Origin: an endosymbiont of Galathealinum brachiosum
GTDB taxonomy: Bacteria > Pseudomonadota > Gammaproteobacteria > SZUA-229
DNA length: 64,000 bases
Direction: 5' to 3'
Assembly: GCA_003349885.1 (NCBI GenBank)
Contig: QFXC01000007.1
Span: 269,125-333,124 of the forward strand
Below are positions 32,401 to 41,513 of this stretch, piece by piece. How positions within the stretch are numbered: position 1 is the first letter of the stretch; the number at the start of each line of letters is the position of its first letter. Both the position numbers and the translations under genes were made by a program. The notes below the pieces were generated by a model that saw only the letters and a list, made by a program, of their open reading frames with translations, searched no databases and was not told the origin of the DNA.

Positions 32401-35004
32401 AAGATTTTTGGCTAAATGCCCGGCTAACTTAAGCCGTTGTGATTCACCACCACTTAACGTAGGCACAGACTGGCCCAATTGAACATAATGCAAACCAACA
32501 TCAACGAGTGGTTGTAGCGTTTTAATCACTTCCGGCTCATCCGCAAAAAATAACAGAGCTTCAGCAACCGTCATTGCCAGAATGTCTGCAATTGATTTTG
32601 CCTGCCTATCACCTTCAACTATTTCACCGAATAATTTAACCTGCAAAATTTCTGCACGATAACGCTTACCATCGCAATCCGGGCAACGAATGTACACATC
32701 ACTCAAAAACTGCATCTCAACCATTTCAAAACCATTACCAGAACAGGTTGGGCAGCGTCCATTACCCGAGTTAAAACTAAACGTTCCCGGTGTGTACTTA
32801 CGTTCTTTAGAGAGTGGTTCAGCAATAAACAGTTTACGTATCGCATCAAATGCACCCACATACGTTGCCGGTATCGAGCGTGTGGTTTTTCCAATAGGAC
32901 TTTGATCAACAAGAACAACATCATCAACTAACTGATGACCTTTAACTTTCTTACAGACTCCGGGTGTTTCAACTGTTTTACCTTTGTGTTTGCATAACCA
33001 GGGGTAAAGAACATCTCGCATTAATGTCGATTTACCAGAACCACTGACACCGGTAATACAAACCAGCTGATGTAAGGGTATATCCACATCAATATTTTTT
33101 AAATTATGTTCACTTGCACCTATAATTTGAATAACCTGATTCTGTAACTGTTTTTCATTTTCCCCTGCTGTTTTTTCAGCAGGCTTACTCACACTTTTTT
33201 TACCGCTTAAATACTGTGCAGTCAGTGATTTTTTATTTCGCAACAACTGTTTAGGGCTTCCATAAAAACAGATTTCACCCCCAAGTCTCCCGGGCCCCGG
33301 GCCAATATCTAAAATTCGATCTGCTGCCAACATCACCTGCGGGTCATGCTCAACCACTAATAAGGAATTTCCCGCATCTCGCAAACGATGCAACACGGTA
33401 ACCAGTCTATTGACATCACGAGGGTGTAAACCAATACTGGGCTCATCAAGAACAAACAGAGTATTAACAAGTGATGTACCCAGAGCCGTAGTGAGATTAA
33501 TGCGCTGCACCTCCCCTCCGCTCAAGGTGCGAGACTGACGATCTAAGGTTAAATAACCCAGACCCACTTCTAACAGATAATTTAAACGTGAACGCACTTC
33601 ACTCAATAATAACTGTGCCGCTTCATCAATCGCAGAGGGTAATTTAATCAACTTAAAAAACTCAGCACAATCACTCAACGGTAAATGCATAACATCATGC
33701 ACCGTCAGTCCTGGCAACTTCTCAATGTCTTTTTTAGATAAGTTCAAACCTTTAGGTGTTAATCGCCGATTAACATCGATGACTTTATTTGATAACTCAA
33801 GGCTACCCAGACGCCACCATAAAGCCGGTGCTTTTAATCTGGCACCATCGCAGGTACCACAGGGTGTATACGAACGATATTTTGAGAGCAACACACGAAT
33901 GTGCATTTTATAAGATTTACTTTCCAGCCATTTAAAAAATCGCTGAATACCAAACCATACGCCATCATCCCAGTCCCCCTCACCTTCGATTACCCAACGC
34001 TGCTGTTTTTTAGTGAGTTTTTTCCAGGGGATATCGATAGGTATTTTAGATTTTTTGGCAAACTTTATAAGCTCATCCTGAACTTCAATATAACTTGGTG
34101 TCTGAATTGGTTTTACCGCACCCTCTTTTAATGATTTTGATTCATCCGGAATAACCAGACCATAATCAACACCAATAATTCGCCCAAAGCCCTTACAGCT
34201 TTCACAGGCACCGATGGGGGAATTAAATGAAAACAGACTCGGGCTGGGTTCACCATAATCAATATCACAATCAGGACAATGATGATGACTTGAAAAACGC
34301 AGCGCTTTACCGGCTTTTTTATTTTCATCTAACGGAAATACATGCACCCGTCCATTTGCATGATTTAGAGACGCTTCAACGGCTTCTGTTAACCTGCCTT
34401 TATTTTCTTCATTAAGCTTGAAACGATCCTGAATAACCTCTAATAAACTTCCATCTCGTTTATGTATACGGGTATAACCCTGTTGATTTAATAAACCTAC
34501 GATTTCATCTTCAGTGAAGTTGTGGGGTATTTTCACCGGCAAACAAACCATTACCCTCTGGTTATCAGCCATCACCGCATACAAGCTTTCTACAATGCTC
34601 TGAGATGAATCACAGAGCACTTCACGACCACACCCTGAACAATACAACTGAGCCATACGGGCAAATAGCAGTTTTAAGTAATCATTTAACTCTGTCATTG
34701 TGCCAACAGTCGAACGGGATGTGCGAACCGGATTAGTCTGATCAATCGCTATCGCAGGAGGTATGCCCTGAATACTGTCTACAGATGGCTTGTCCATACG
34801 ATCGAGAAACTGACGTGCATACGCTGAAAAGGTCTCTACATAACGTCTCTGACCTTCTGCATAAATCGTATCAAATGCCAGAGTTGATTTACCTGAGCCA
34901 CTCACCCCTGTCACCACGATAAGCTCGTTAGTGGGCAATTCAAGATCGAGGTTTTTCAGGTTATTCTGGCGAGCGCCTTTAACAATGATAGATTCTTTGC
35001 TCAT
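29407..35004 (-). CDS. Tandem-fused double UvrA (two complete excinuclease ABC subunit A units in one 1865-aa chain)
   Basis: Residues ~1-900 and ~930-1865 each start with a UvrA N-terminus (VKGARQNNLKNLDLELP / IHHARENNLKNVDIEIP). Each has two Walker A motifs (GVSGSGKST, four in total) and two LSGGE signatures (four in total). Each retains Zn-finger Cys clusters and the region that aligns to the E. coli UvrB-binding domain. The linker is in frame and about 30 aa long. Confidence 0.85.
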   Translation of the reverse strand: MSKESIIVKGARQNNLKNLDLELPTNELIVVTGVSGSGKSTLAFDTIYAEGQRRYVETFSAYARQFLDRMDKPSVDSIQGIPPAIAIDQTNPVRTSRSTVGTMTELNDYLKLLFARMAQLYCSGCGREVLCDSSQSIVESLYAVMADNQRVMVCLPVKIPHNFTEDEIVGLLNQQGYTRIHKRDGSLLEVIQDRFKLNEENKGRLTEAVEASLNHANGRVHVFPLDENKKAGKALRFSSHHHCPDCDIDYGEPSPSLFSFNSPIGACESCKGFGRIIGVDYGLVIPDESKSLKEGAVKPIQTPSYIEVQDELIKFAKKSKIPIDIPWKKLTKKQQRWVIEGEGDWDDGVWFGIQRFFKWLESKSYKMHIRVLLSKYRSYTPCGTCDGARLKAPALWWRLGSLELSNKVIDVNRRLTPKGLNLSKKDIEKLPGLTVHDVMHLPLSDCAEFFKLIKLPSAIDEAAQLLLSEVRSRLNYLLEVGLGYLTLDRQSRTLSGGEVQRINLTTALGTSLVNTLFVLDEPSIGLHPRDVNRLVTVLHRLRDAGNSLLVVEHDPQVMLAADRILDIGPGPGRLGGEICFYGSPKQLLRNKKSLTAQYLSGKKSVSKPAEKTAGENEKQLQNQVIQIIGASEHNLKNIDVDIPLHQLVCITGVSGSGKSTLMRDVLYPWLCKHKGKTVETPGVCKKVKGHQLVDDVVLVDQSPIGKTTRSIPATYVGAFDAIRKLFIAEPLSKERKYTPGTFSFNSGNGRCPTCSGNGFEMVEMQFLSDVYIRCPDCDGKRYRAEILQVKLFGEIVEGDRQAKSIADILAMTVAEALLFFADEPEVIKTLQPLVDVGLHYVQLGQSVPTLSGGESQRLKLAGHLAKNLNKKKQTGKKSKLKKTVKGTLFLFDEPTTGLHFDDISTLMKAFQQLIDAGNSLLVIEHNLDVIRSADWLIDIGPEGGDGGGQLVTQGYPQQIAVQGDSYTSVALREYEASFNLSKTELIKALPVNTRETKVNQSIQIHHARENNLKNVDIEIPRNKFTVISGVSGSGKSTVAFDIVFGEGQRRYLESLNAYARQFVQPASRPDVDAIHGIPPTVAIEQRTSRGGRKSTVATLTEIYHFMRLLYVKLGTQYCPECEVAIEPQSLDAILAMVQKDYRGREVTLLAPMVVARKGIYNELAKWASTKGYQQLRVDGEYVSTSDWPKLARYKEHDIELPIGKLKIAANKEKECADLLQQALDVGNGIVIVEPLKATKKQVGERLFSTERACPSCGKGFDELDPRLFSYNSKHGWCDSCYGTGETIKDFDEEQTGEEGAWLENEDDVSTQCKTCDGQRLNETALAVRFRKMSIAQLAAMSVDDSEKWFSKLKLTQKEQIIARDLLQEMSGRLSFLQRVGLNYLTLDRSAPTLSGGEAQRIRLASQLGSNLQGVCYILDEPTIGLHARDNQRLIKTLRQIQQQGNTVLVVEHDEDTIREADYLIDMGPGAGIEGGEVVAHGTLKQMIKNKKSLTGQFISSPLRHPMNDLRDNEKRSLLEAEKIKIVGAVQNNLTNIEVVIPLRKLVSVSGVSGSGKSTLIRSVLHGNLKTAINNQRSKAGRNKKISWQGCKEIKGWESIQRILEVDQTPIGKTPRSCPATYIGIWDTIRKLFSDTVDARLKGFKPGRFSFNAGDGRCDACGGHGMRKVEMNFLPDVRVECEVCHGWRFNDETLSVRYKDKHIGEVLGMNVKTATEYFSAIPKLHHALQLLQDVGLGYLTLGQQSPTLSGGEAQRIKLVAELAKANTSPTAKIRQHNLYILDEPTVGLHMADVEKLLRVLHRLVDAGNSVIVIEHNLDVIAESDWVIDMGPEGGKYGGKVVAQGKPEIICKRKKSHTGVYLKELIN

Positions 35005-35364
35005 AAATACTCTGTGATAAGGTGTGAATTAACCAGCAGATAAATATACGGGATATTCACCAACTTTCATATATGAAAAAGTTGAATGATATCGTCAAAC
35101 TAGTGACGTCGTACAGCCAGTAACTAAATCCCCCATAAAACAGATGTCTTTATGTAGGCACTCCTTTAGGACACAATCAATACGCATAAATAACAATGAT
35201 ATTGCTCACCTAAAGAAACACCTACAATATACCGCATCCAGAATAAATCGATACAGTGAACAGTTATTGCTATTATTAGTGTATATTTATCTCTGATCAC
35301 AGATAAGTTCAATGAGGCACTGAAACAATTGACTAAAAAATAAAAAAGGCAATAAGCAGGCTCT

Positions 35365-36129
35365 ATGAACTTAAATAAAAAAGAACAGATATGTCAATTA
35401 TTGAAAGGTATAGAAACCGGTGACCCATCAGCGGTAGCTATAGTCAATGAAGATAAGTATATACAGCACAATCCACAAACGCATGAAGGCAGTGAAGGAC
35501 TAGCAGTACTTTTTAAGCGTCTATCTGAAACATCGCCTAAAGTAAATATTGTGCGCATTTTTGAAGATAATGATTTTATTTTCGGTCACACAGAGTATGA
35601 CTTTGCAACTCGGAATATAGGTTTTGAAATATTTCGATTTGAAGACGGCCAGGCAGTTGAACACTGGGATAATATCCAGAAAAGACAAGGACCTAATAGC
35701 TCTGGAAACACTATGGTCGATGGCATAACAGAAGCCACAGATCATGAGTTAACAGAAATTAACCGAACAATAATTATATCTTTTACTGATGATGTGCTTA
35801 TTCATAAACACATTATTCAACTGGGTGATTATATAAACCAGAAGCACTATACTGAGCATAGTCCACACCTTGGCAACGATCTGACCGAACTACGTATGGC
35901 CTTATCCCAATCCAATTCTAGTTGTTTTTCAATCAGTTATGAGAAATGCCATCGTATATTAGCTGAAGGCAATTTTGTTCTGAGCGTTTGTGAAGGTAAT
36001 GTTAATAAAATTTCATCATCTTTCTTTGACCTATACCGCTTAGAGAACAGAAAAATTGTAGAGCATTGGGGCACGATAGAAAAAATTCCAACTCGTAGCG
36101 AATGGAAAAATAACAACGGCAAGTTCTAA
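35365..36129 (+). CDS. Tandem SnoaL-like (NTF2-fold) polyketide-cyclase/ester-cyclase-like protein
   Basis: Two repeats, each ending in VEHWD/VEHWG, which is typical of the SnoaL_2 family. Confidence 0.5.
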   Translation: MNLNKKEQICQLLKGIETGDPSAVAIVNEDKYIQHNPQTHEGSEGLAVLFKRLSETSPKVNIVRIFEDNDFIFGHTEYDFATRNIGFEIFRFEDGQAVEHWDNIQKRQGPNSSGNTMVDGITEATDHELTEINRTIIISFTDDVLIHKHIIQLGDYINQKHYTEHSPHLGNDLTELRMALSQSNSSCFSISYEKCHRILAEGNFVLSVCEGNVNKISSSFFDLYRLENRKIVEHWGTIEKIPTRSEWKNNNGKF

Positions 36130-36178
36130 GCAACCATTATCGTAAAAAACTTGAGTAATAAATATAAGGAGCGGCTTA

Positions 36179-36541
36179 ATGATTAAATTTATTATGTGTA
36201 TTACACGTCACCCTGACATGTCACGCGAAGAATTTAAAGAGTACTGGATGAATAAACATGGCCCTTTCTTCATGGATAACGCAGAAGCAATGGGTGCAAA
36301 AAAATATGTGCAATCACACACTCTAAATACACCTTTGAATGAAGGTTTAAGAACCTCAAGAGGGATGTTACCTGAGTATGACGGTGTTGCTGAAGTCTGG
36401 TTCGAATCAGAACAGGCGCTTATGGATGGAATGAACTCTCCTGAAGGCCAGAAACTTGGTGTAGCATTAATGAAAGATGAAGGTAATTTTATCGATCATA
36501 CAAAATCTTCTGCTTTCATTGTTGAAGAACACGAATTCTAA
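36179..36541 (+). CDS. EthD-domain protein
   Basis: N-terminus is MIKFIMCITRHPDMSREEFKEYWMNKHGP. This is a characteristic EthD-family N-terminus. AAGGAG RBS. Confidence 0.55.
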   Translation: MIKFIMCITRHPDMSREEFKEYWMNKHGPFFMDNAEAMGAKKYVQSHTLNTPLNEGLRTSRGMLPEYDGVAEVWFESEQALMDGMNSPEGQKLGVALMKDEGNFIDHTKSSAFIVEEHEF

Positions 36542-36624
36542 ATGGCTAACATGATAAAATTTATGCTCGAGAAAAGTCATTTCGAACATTAGAGAATTTT
36601 TATCATTATTGACACAGTTAAAAA

Positions 36625-37047
36625 ATGAAAATTTTTATTAAACAATTAATAATCCCTGTCACATTATTTCTTTTCTCATTTTCAACCATGAGCGCAGATA
36701 GTGTCGTGCAACAATGGAAGCAGGGATTGAACGGAGCAAAGTTAACATCTTACACTGGCTCAGTTATTAGCTCTAATAGCACACTAACAGTAATAAAATT
36801 TTGCAAAAATGGCCGATATAGCTACAACAAGGAAGGAAGCTGGTCTGTTCCCGGCACTGCTGGAGGAGCTTCGAATAACACTATAAACGGGGTTTGGGAT
36901 ATTCAACATAATGCAAAACACGTCGTATTGGTATATACAACTGACAAAAAAGAACAGGGATTTTTTCCTATCTACTTACAGAGCAATGGACGGGTAAATA
37001 TTGGCGGTACTGCTTACGCTATTCAAAAAAATCAGGCTGGATGTTAG
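36625..37047 (+). CDS. Secreted hypothetical protein
   Basis: Signal peptide present. 140 aa. Confidence 0.4.
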   Translation: MKIFIKQLIIPVTLFLFSFSTMSADSVVQQWKQGLNGAKLTSYTGSVISSNSTLTVIKFCKNGRYSYNKEGSWSVPGTAGGASNNTINGVWDIQHNAKHVVLVYTTDKKEQGFFPIYLQSNGRVNIGGTAYAIQKNQAGC

Positions 37048-37212
37048 AATATTTTCTATGTGTAATAAATATGCAGCATCTAACAGATTAATGTAGAGAG
37101 CGGGGATTTATTAAAACAAACTGTGCCAGAGAACAATTATTATTAGAGGACTATTGATCTCTACTCCAACTAAATCCACAGTTTAATTTTATTTAAAATT
37201 TAATAGTTAATA

Positions 37213-37581
37213 TCAGTCATTTCTCTCAACCCAGTCATATGCCTTACTTAAGTCTTCAAATATCTCTACTTCCCAATTCGAACCTTTAAAAAATGATGTG
37301 AAATATTTAGCCCTTTGATTCTTTACATCATTGATTATGATGGCTGTTTTGATATAAGGGTTAGATAAAGCAGCAGCTTTATGCATGCAGGCTACAGTGG
37401 CAATTTCATTTGCGTCCATTTGAATAGTTACAACATCAGAAAAATCAACTAACTTATAACTTATTTCATCAAATCGTGAATCACTGTAAATACTAACTGA
37501 TGCGTCTATAACTTCTTTACCTGTAACATCCCCATGATATTTCCAGTAGACACCCTCAGATTCCCATATTAATTTATGCAT
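37213..37581 (-). CDS. Hypothetical protein
   Basis: The ORF track starts at GTG 37623. The first ATG is at 37581. Confidence 0.3.
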   Translation of the reverse strand: MHKLIWESEGVYWKYHGDVTGKEVIDASVSIYSDSRFDEISYKLVDFSDVVTIQMDANEIATVACMHKAAALSNPYIKTAIIINDVKNQRAKYFTSFFKGSNWEVEIFEDLSKAYDWVERND

Positions 37582-37960
37582 TAATTTTTCCTGCTTTATA
37601 TGAATGAAAATATCAGTTAACACTTTATTATATTTGAAGTCAGTCTGGAATTTTATAAATCGTAAACTGAGAATGCATGACTCTTACTCGCATAATGATA
37701 TGCGATGCAGCAACCCCACTATCCTAGATTTTCATCCTTAGACTGGTGGCTTTACGCCCTTGTCTTTCGAACAAGTTTGCCAAAAATTGATTTATACTTA
37801 TATCCTGTATTTAAGTCAAGAGGTTTTAAAAAAACATTGACAATAACGCCCTTCCACTCACCCGAATGAAGGATAAAGCAGCATTGAAAAACAACTAATA
37901 CAGGATTATTTTTCTCTTTAATTCTAAATTATTTCAAATGAAACCATAAATGAATATGAT

Positions 37961-39394
37961 TTAAGGTTCTACATCCATACCGTCATTATTAGAGTTATAC
38001 AGTACTCCGATAGCGACAAACTCTTCTATATTTGATATTAAAATATCCACAAGATCTGGATCAAAATGGGAACCACTTTCTTTTTCTACCCATGATATAA
38101 CATCATCCAATGGCCATGCTTTTTTATAATGTCGCTCTGATAACAGTGCATCATAAACATCAGCCAAAGCCACAATTCTTCCATATACGTGTATATCATT
38201 TTGCCTTAACCCCCAGGGATACCCACTACCATTCCATTTTTCATGGTGCTGATGCGCTATTATGGCTGCTGCTTTTAGTATGTCGCGTTTCGAATGTGAA
38301 AGCATCGAATAGCCAATGGCAGGATGGTTCTGCATGGTTTCAAATTCTTCAGTTGTTAACTTGCCCGGCTTAAAAAGTATTGAATCAGGAATTCCCAGTT
38401 TACCTATATCATGCAAAGGTGCAGCTGAAGCAATTAATTCTACATCTCTATTCGACAGACCTAATTTAGTTGCTAATAATTTACTGTATTCCGTTACTCG
38501 TCGAGTATGATTTTTTGCTTCTTTTGAACGCTGCTCTTCAATTACACCCATGGTAAAAACTGTTTCTCTTAAGGTGTCTTCAATTTCATTATTAAGCTCT
38601 AACAAATTAAAATTGAGCTGTTTAAGCATGTCCTGATTAGCAATAATATCTTTATTGAAATGATTTATTTCTTTTGCAACGTTTTCAAACTCAACCGTTG
38701 TAAATGTTTCTGAGTTGACCGGCTCATGTGTTACATAAGCATCTTTTGCTTTTACGATGAGGTTTTCAAGAGGATCTTTTATGTAAACCTGAACCGTTCT
38801 TAATGTATTAATAGCGATTAATAATATAATGGTTAATGAAGCTACCAGCAGCACCATTAATAACCATGAAGCCATACTGCGGTACTTGGTAATATCTAAT
38901 GTGATATCAACAGCACCCAATACAGTACCTTCAGAAACCTGATGACAATCAAGGCAGTTAAGTCTCCCCTGATTTGTAGCTATGTAAGGCATAACAGCAC
39001 GAATTGAAGGTATTATGCCGAAATCATCTATTATGAATTCCGGCTGTTTTGTCTCAAATACTTTTTTGACTATCTCACCTGCCTCTTTTTCGAGCTGACT
39101 AACACCAAATTGCCTGTTAACAGCAGGCGCCCGAATTATTTCAATCTCACTGATATCATGCACTGTTTTTATTTCATTTAAAAAGAAACTTCTTTTATCC
39201 ATAACATCTGCTTTCATATGGGCCGTTAAACCTGCTTTTATAATATCTGCAATGGATGTTGCTTCATTTTTAACAATATTATGAGAAAGCATTCTGAAAT
39301 TAAATGCAATAACAACAGACATCACAACAGCTGCCAACAATAGAAATGACAATAATCGACTTAAGGTAATGGTCTTAATGCTGGGTTTTATCAT
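37961..39394 (-). CDS. Membrane-bound HD-GYP c-di-GMP phosphodiesterase with periplasmic sensor domain carrying a CXXCH heme-c motif
   Basis: TM1, a periplasmic region of about 140 aa containing RLNCLDCHQ, and TM2. The cytoplasmic HD-GYP domain contains HDIGKLGIP ... HHEKWNGSGYPWGL. Confidence 0.85.
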   Translation of the reverse strand: MIKPSIKTITLSRLLSFLLLAAVVMSVVIAFNFRMLSHNIVKNEATSIADIIKAGLTAHMKADVMDKRSFFLNEIKTVHDISEIEIIRAPAVNRQFGVSQLEKEAGEIVKKVFETKQPEFIIDDFGIIPSIRAVMPYIATNQGRLNCLDCHQVSEGTVLGAVDITLDITKYRSMASWLLMVLLVASLTIILLIAINTLRTVQVYIKDPLENLIVKAKDAYVTHEPVNSETFTTVEFENVAKEINHFNKDIIANQDMLKQLNFNLLELNNEIEDTLRETVFTMGVIEEQRSKEAKNHTRRVTEYSKLLATKLGLSNRDVELIASAAPLHDIGKLGIPDSILFKPGKLTTEEFETMQNHPAIGYSMLSHSKRDILKAAAIIAHQHHEKWNGSGYPWGLRQNDIHVYGRIVALADVYDALLSERHYKKAWPLDDVISWVEKESGSHFDPDLVDILISNIEEFVAIGVLYNSNNDGMDVEP

Positions 39395-39752
39395 AATGAG
39401 TTTTATTTAGTCTGATCCCTATACCTTATAGCTGCTTCTTTAGACATATCAAGATCATTAACGAGCTTAAAACACTCTATATTAAGCTATATCAACTATT
39501 TATAGATAACCGGATCGTAACTGGCAAATCAACCGACCTAACTCATTGAAAAATCATATTCTAAGCAAAAAAGAGATAAACAAGCTATAACACCATATAA
39601 GCAGAAGTTATGATTATTAGATATCTCAGCTCTCCTTAAGTATACAGTTACACCTGAACAACGTTCCGAATAAAACAGGTGTATTTGAGTATTTAAAAAA
39701 TATAAATCCAGACCAGATCTTTGTAGTCACCAATAATGAGATGTAACTATTA

Positions 39753-41411
39753 ATGAAGTTATTTTTATGTTTTATACTTGTTTGTATAATCCACCCCGTT
39801 CAAGCATCACAAACACCTTTAGATTTATCAACCCCTCAACATAACATTGGACAATCAATGATCGTGTATGAGGATATTGATGCCGGGATGAATTTTGAGC
39901 AAATACGTTTATTAACTAATGATGATTTCTATAGATTAAAACAAAGCATCTTTAGCACTCCTTTTAGCCAGTCAGCCTACTGGTTTAAGCTCTCTTTAAA
40001 TAATACAGAAACATCTGCAGTTACGCGTCTGATTGTTTTTGAGCCACCCTGGCTTGATCATATCAATATAAGCATCATTTCACCTGGCGGCAATATCAAA
40101 CAGATTGAACTGGGAAATACATTTAATTATGAGAAAAGAGGAATAGACCATTCTTTAATTAATTTTAAACACATGTTCGAACCCGGTGAATCTATTGTTT
40201 TCATGCAGGTTAAAACACGGGATCCTTTTGTATTTGCTGTTTCCATACTTGCAGAGCGTGATTTTCTATTCGAACAGATGCGGGAATCTAAAAAAACTGG
40301 ATTTTTATATGGTGTAATGATCGCCCTGCTTTTATACAATTTATTTCTATATATTGGAATTAAAGAAAACTATTATTCTTATTATGTGCTTTTCGTAAGT
40401 GCTTTTTTAATCATGAACGCTTCATACAATGGTTATACTTTTAAGCTATTATTTTCACAAATCCCAGTATTGCAAACCTGGATTCAGAGTTTTTCTATTA
40501 TTCTATTTTCACTAACTGGCTTATTATTTGCTCAATCATTTCTAAATCTAAAAAAATTCCATCCTCAACTTAATACGTTAACTAAAAACATAATTATAGG
40601 CTACGCAGTTGTAGCTGTATTTTCTGCTGTTTTAAGCGGTTACACCTTAAATGTTATTATTGCTGTTTCATTCGCTGGTTTTATCAGTGCTTATATTTTT
40701 TCTATTGCTCTGTATTCATGGAAAAGTGGAAACAGATCTGCACGTTTTTTCATAATGGGATCAGCCAGCGGATTAATAGGTACTATAGTCACTTCTAGTA
40801 GCGTAATGGGAATAATTCCATTTAGCTACATTACCTATAAAGCACTCGATTTCGGCATGTTAATTGACGCCGTATTTTTATCACTAGCTTTAGCTGATCG
40901 TGTAAGAATAACAAATAATGATAAATTAAAAGCCGAGCAGGCGTCTCTCACTGATGTGTTAACCGGCCTGAAAAATCGTCGCTCTTACTATGAAACACGA
41001 ACACAGGAATTACATCGAATTGCCCGATACAAAAACAAACTTTCCATGATTACCCTGGATGTAGATCAGTTTAAACACTTTAATGATAATTTTGGACATG
41101 ATGTAGGTGATCAGGTTTTAAAACATCTGGCAACAATTCTGGAAAAATCTAAACGTCAGGATGACTATGTATTCAGAATGGGTGGTGACGAGTTTTTACT
41201 CTTATTACCCGAGACAGATAAAGAAGAAGCTTCTCAACTAGCGGAACGAATAGCGACTACACTTGAAAATGAACGCTTAATTATAAATGACACCATACAC
41301 AGAGTACATATATCCTCAGGCGTCGCTGAATTTTTACCCGATGACACCTCTATGAAAAGCGTAGAAAAAAGAGCCGATATTGCTCTGTATGAAGCAAAAG
41401 AAAGCACCTAA
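39753..41411 (+). CDS. 7TMR-DISM (extracellular DISMED2 + 7TM) diguanylate cyclase (GGDEF)
   Basis: Signal peptide, an extracellular domain, seven TM helices, and a C-terminal GGDEF domain (RMGGDEFLLLL). Confidence 0.85.
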   Translation: MKLFLCFILVCIIHPVQASQTPLDLSTPQHNIGQSMIVYEDIDAGMNFEQIRLLTNDDFYRLKQSIFSTPFSQSAYWFKLSLNNTETSAVTRLIVFEPPWLDHINISIISPGGNIKQIELGNTFNYEKRGIDHSLINFKHMFEPGESIVFMQVKTRDPFVFAVSILAERDFLFEQMRESKKTGFLYGVMIALLLYNLFLYIGIKENYYSYYVLFVSAFLIMNASYNGYTFKLLFSQIPVLQTWIQSFSIILFSLTGLLFAQSFLNLKKFHPQLNTLTKNIIIGYAVVAVFSAVLSGYTLNVIIAVSFAGFISAYIFSIALYSWKSGNRSARFFIMGSASGLIGTIVTSSSVMGIIPFSYITYKALDFGMLIDAVFLSLALADRVRITNNDKLKAEQASLTDVLTGLKNRRSYYETRTQELHRIARYKNKLSMITLDVDQFKHFNDNFGHDVGDQVLKHLATILEKSKRQDDYVFRMGGDEFLLLLPETDKEEASQLAERIATTLENERLIINDTIHRVHISSGVAEFLPDDTSMKSVEKRADIALYEAKEST

Positions 41412-41513
41412 TAACTAAACAACACCTTAATTATATTTTTAAGATTATTTTTTATACGCTGCCTTATTACAGTGTATTTATCACACGTTACAAACATACA
41501 GCCACCGGGTAAC

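Noticed and set aside
29407-35004. The 1865-aa UvrA ORF as an artefact of two adjacent uvrA genes joined by a sequencing frameshift
   Set aside because: The junction (…LSKTELIKALPVNTRETKVNQS-IQIHHARENNLK…) is a continuous in-frame linker of about 30 aa. It contains no stop codon in frame and no leftover RBS or start context. It is treated as a genuine fusion pending read-level confirmation.
35005-35364. SOS (LexA) box upstream of the UvrA-like gene
   Set aside because: No CTGT-N8-ACAG palindrome is present. acagtgaacagt is a direct repeat and ctgatcacag does not fit the LexA spacing.
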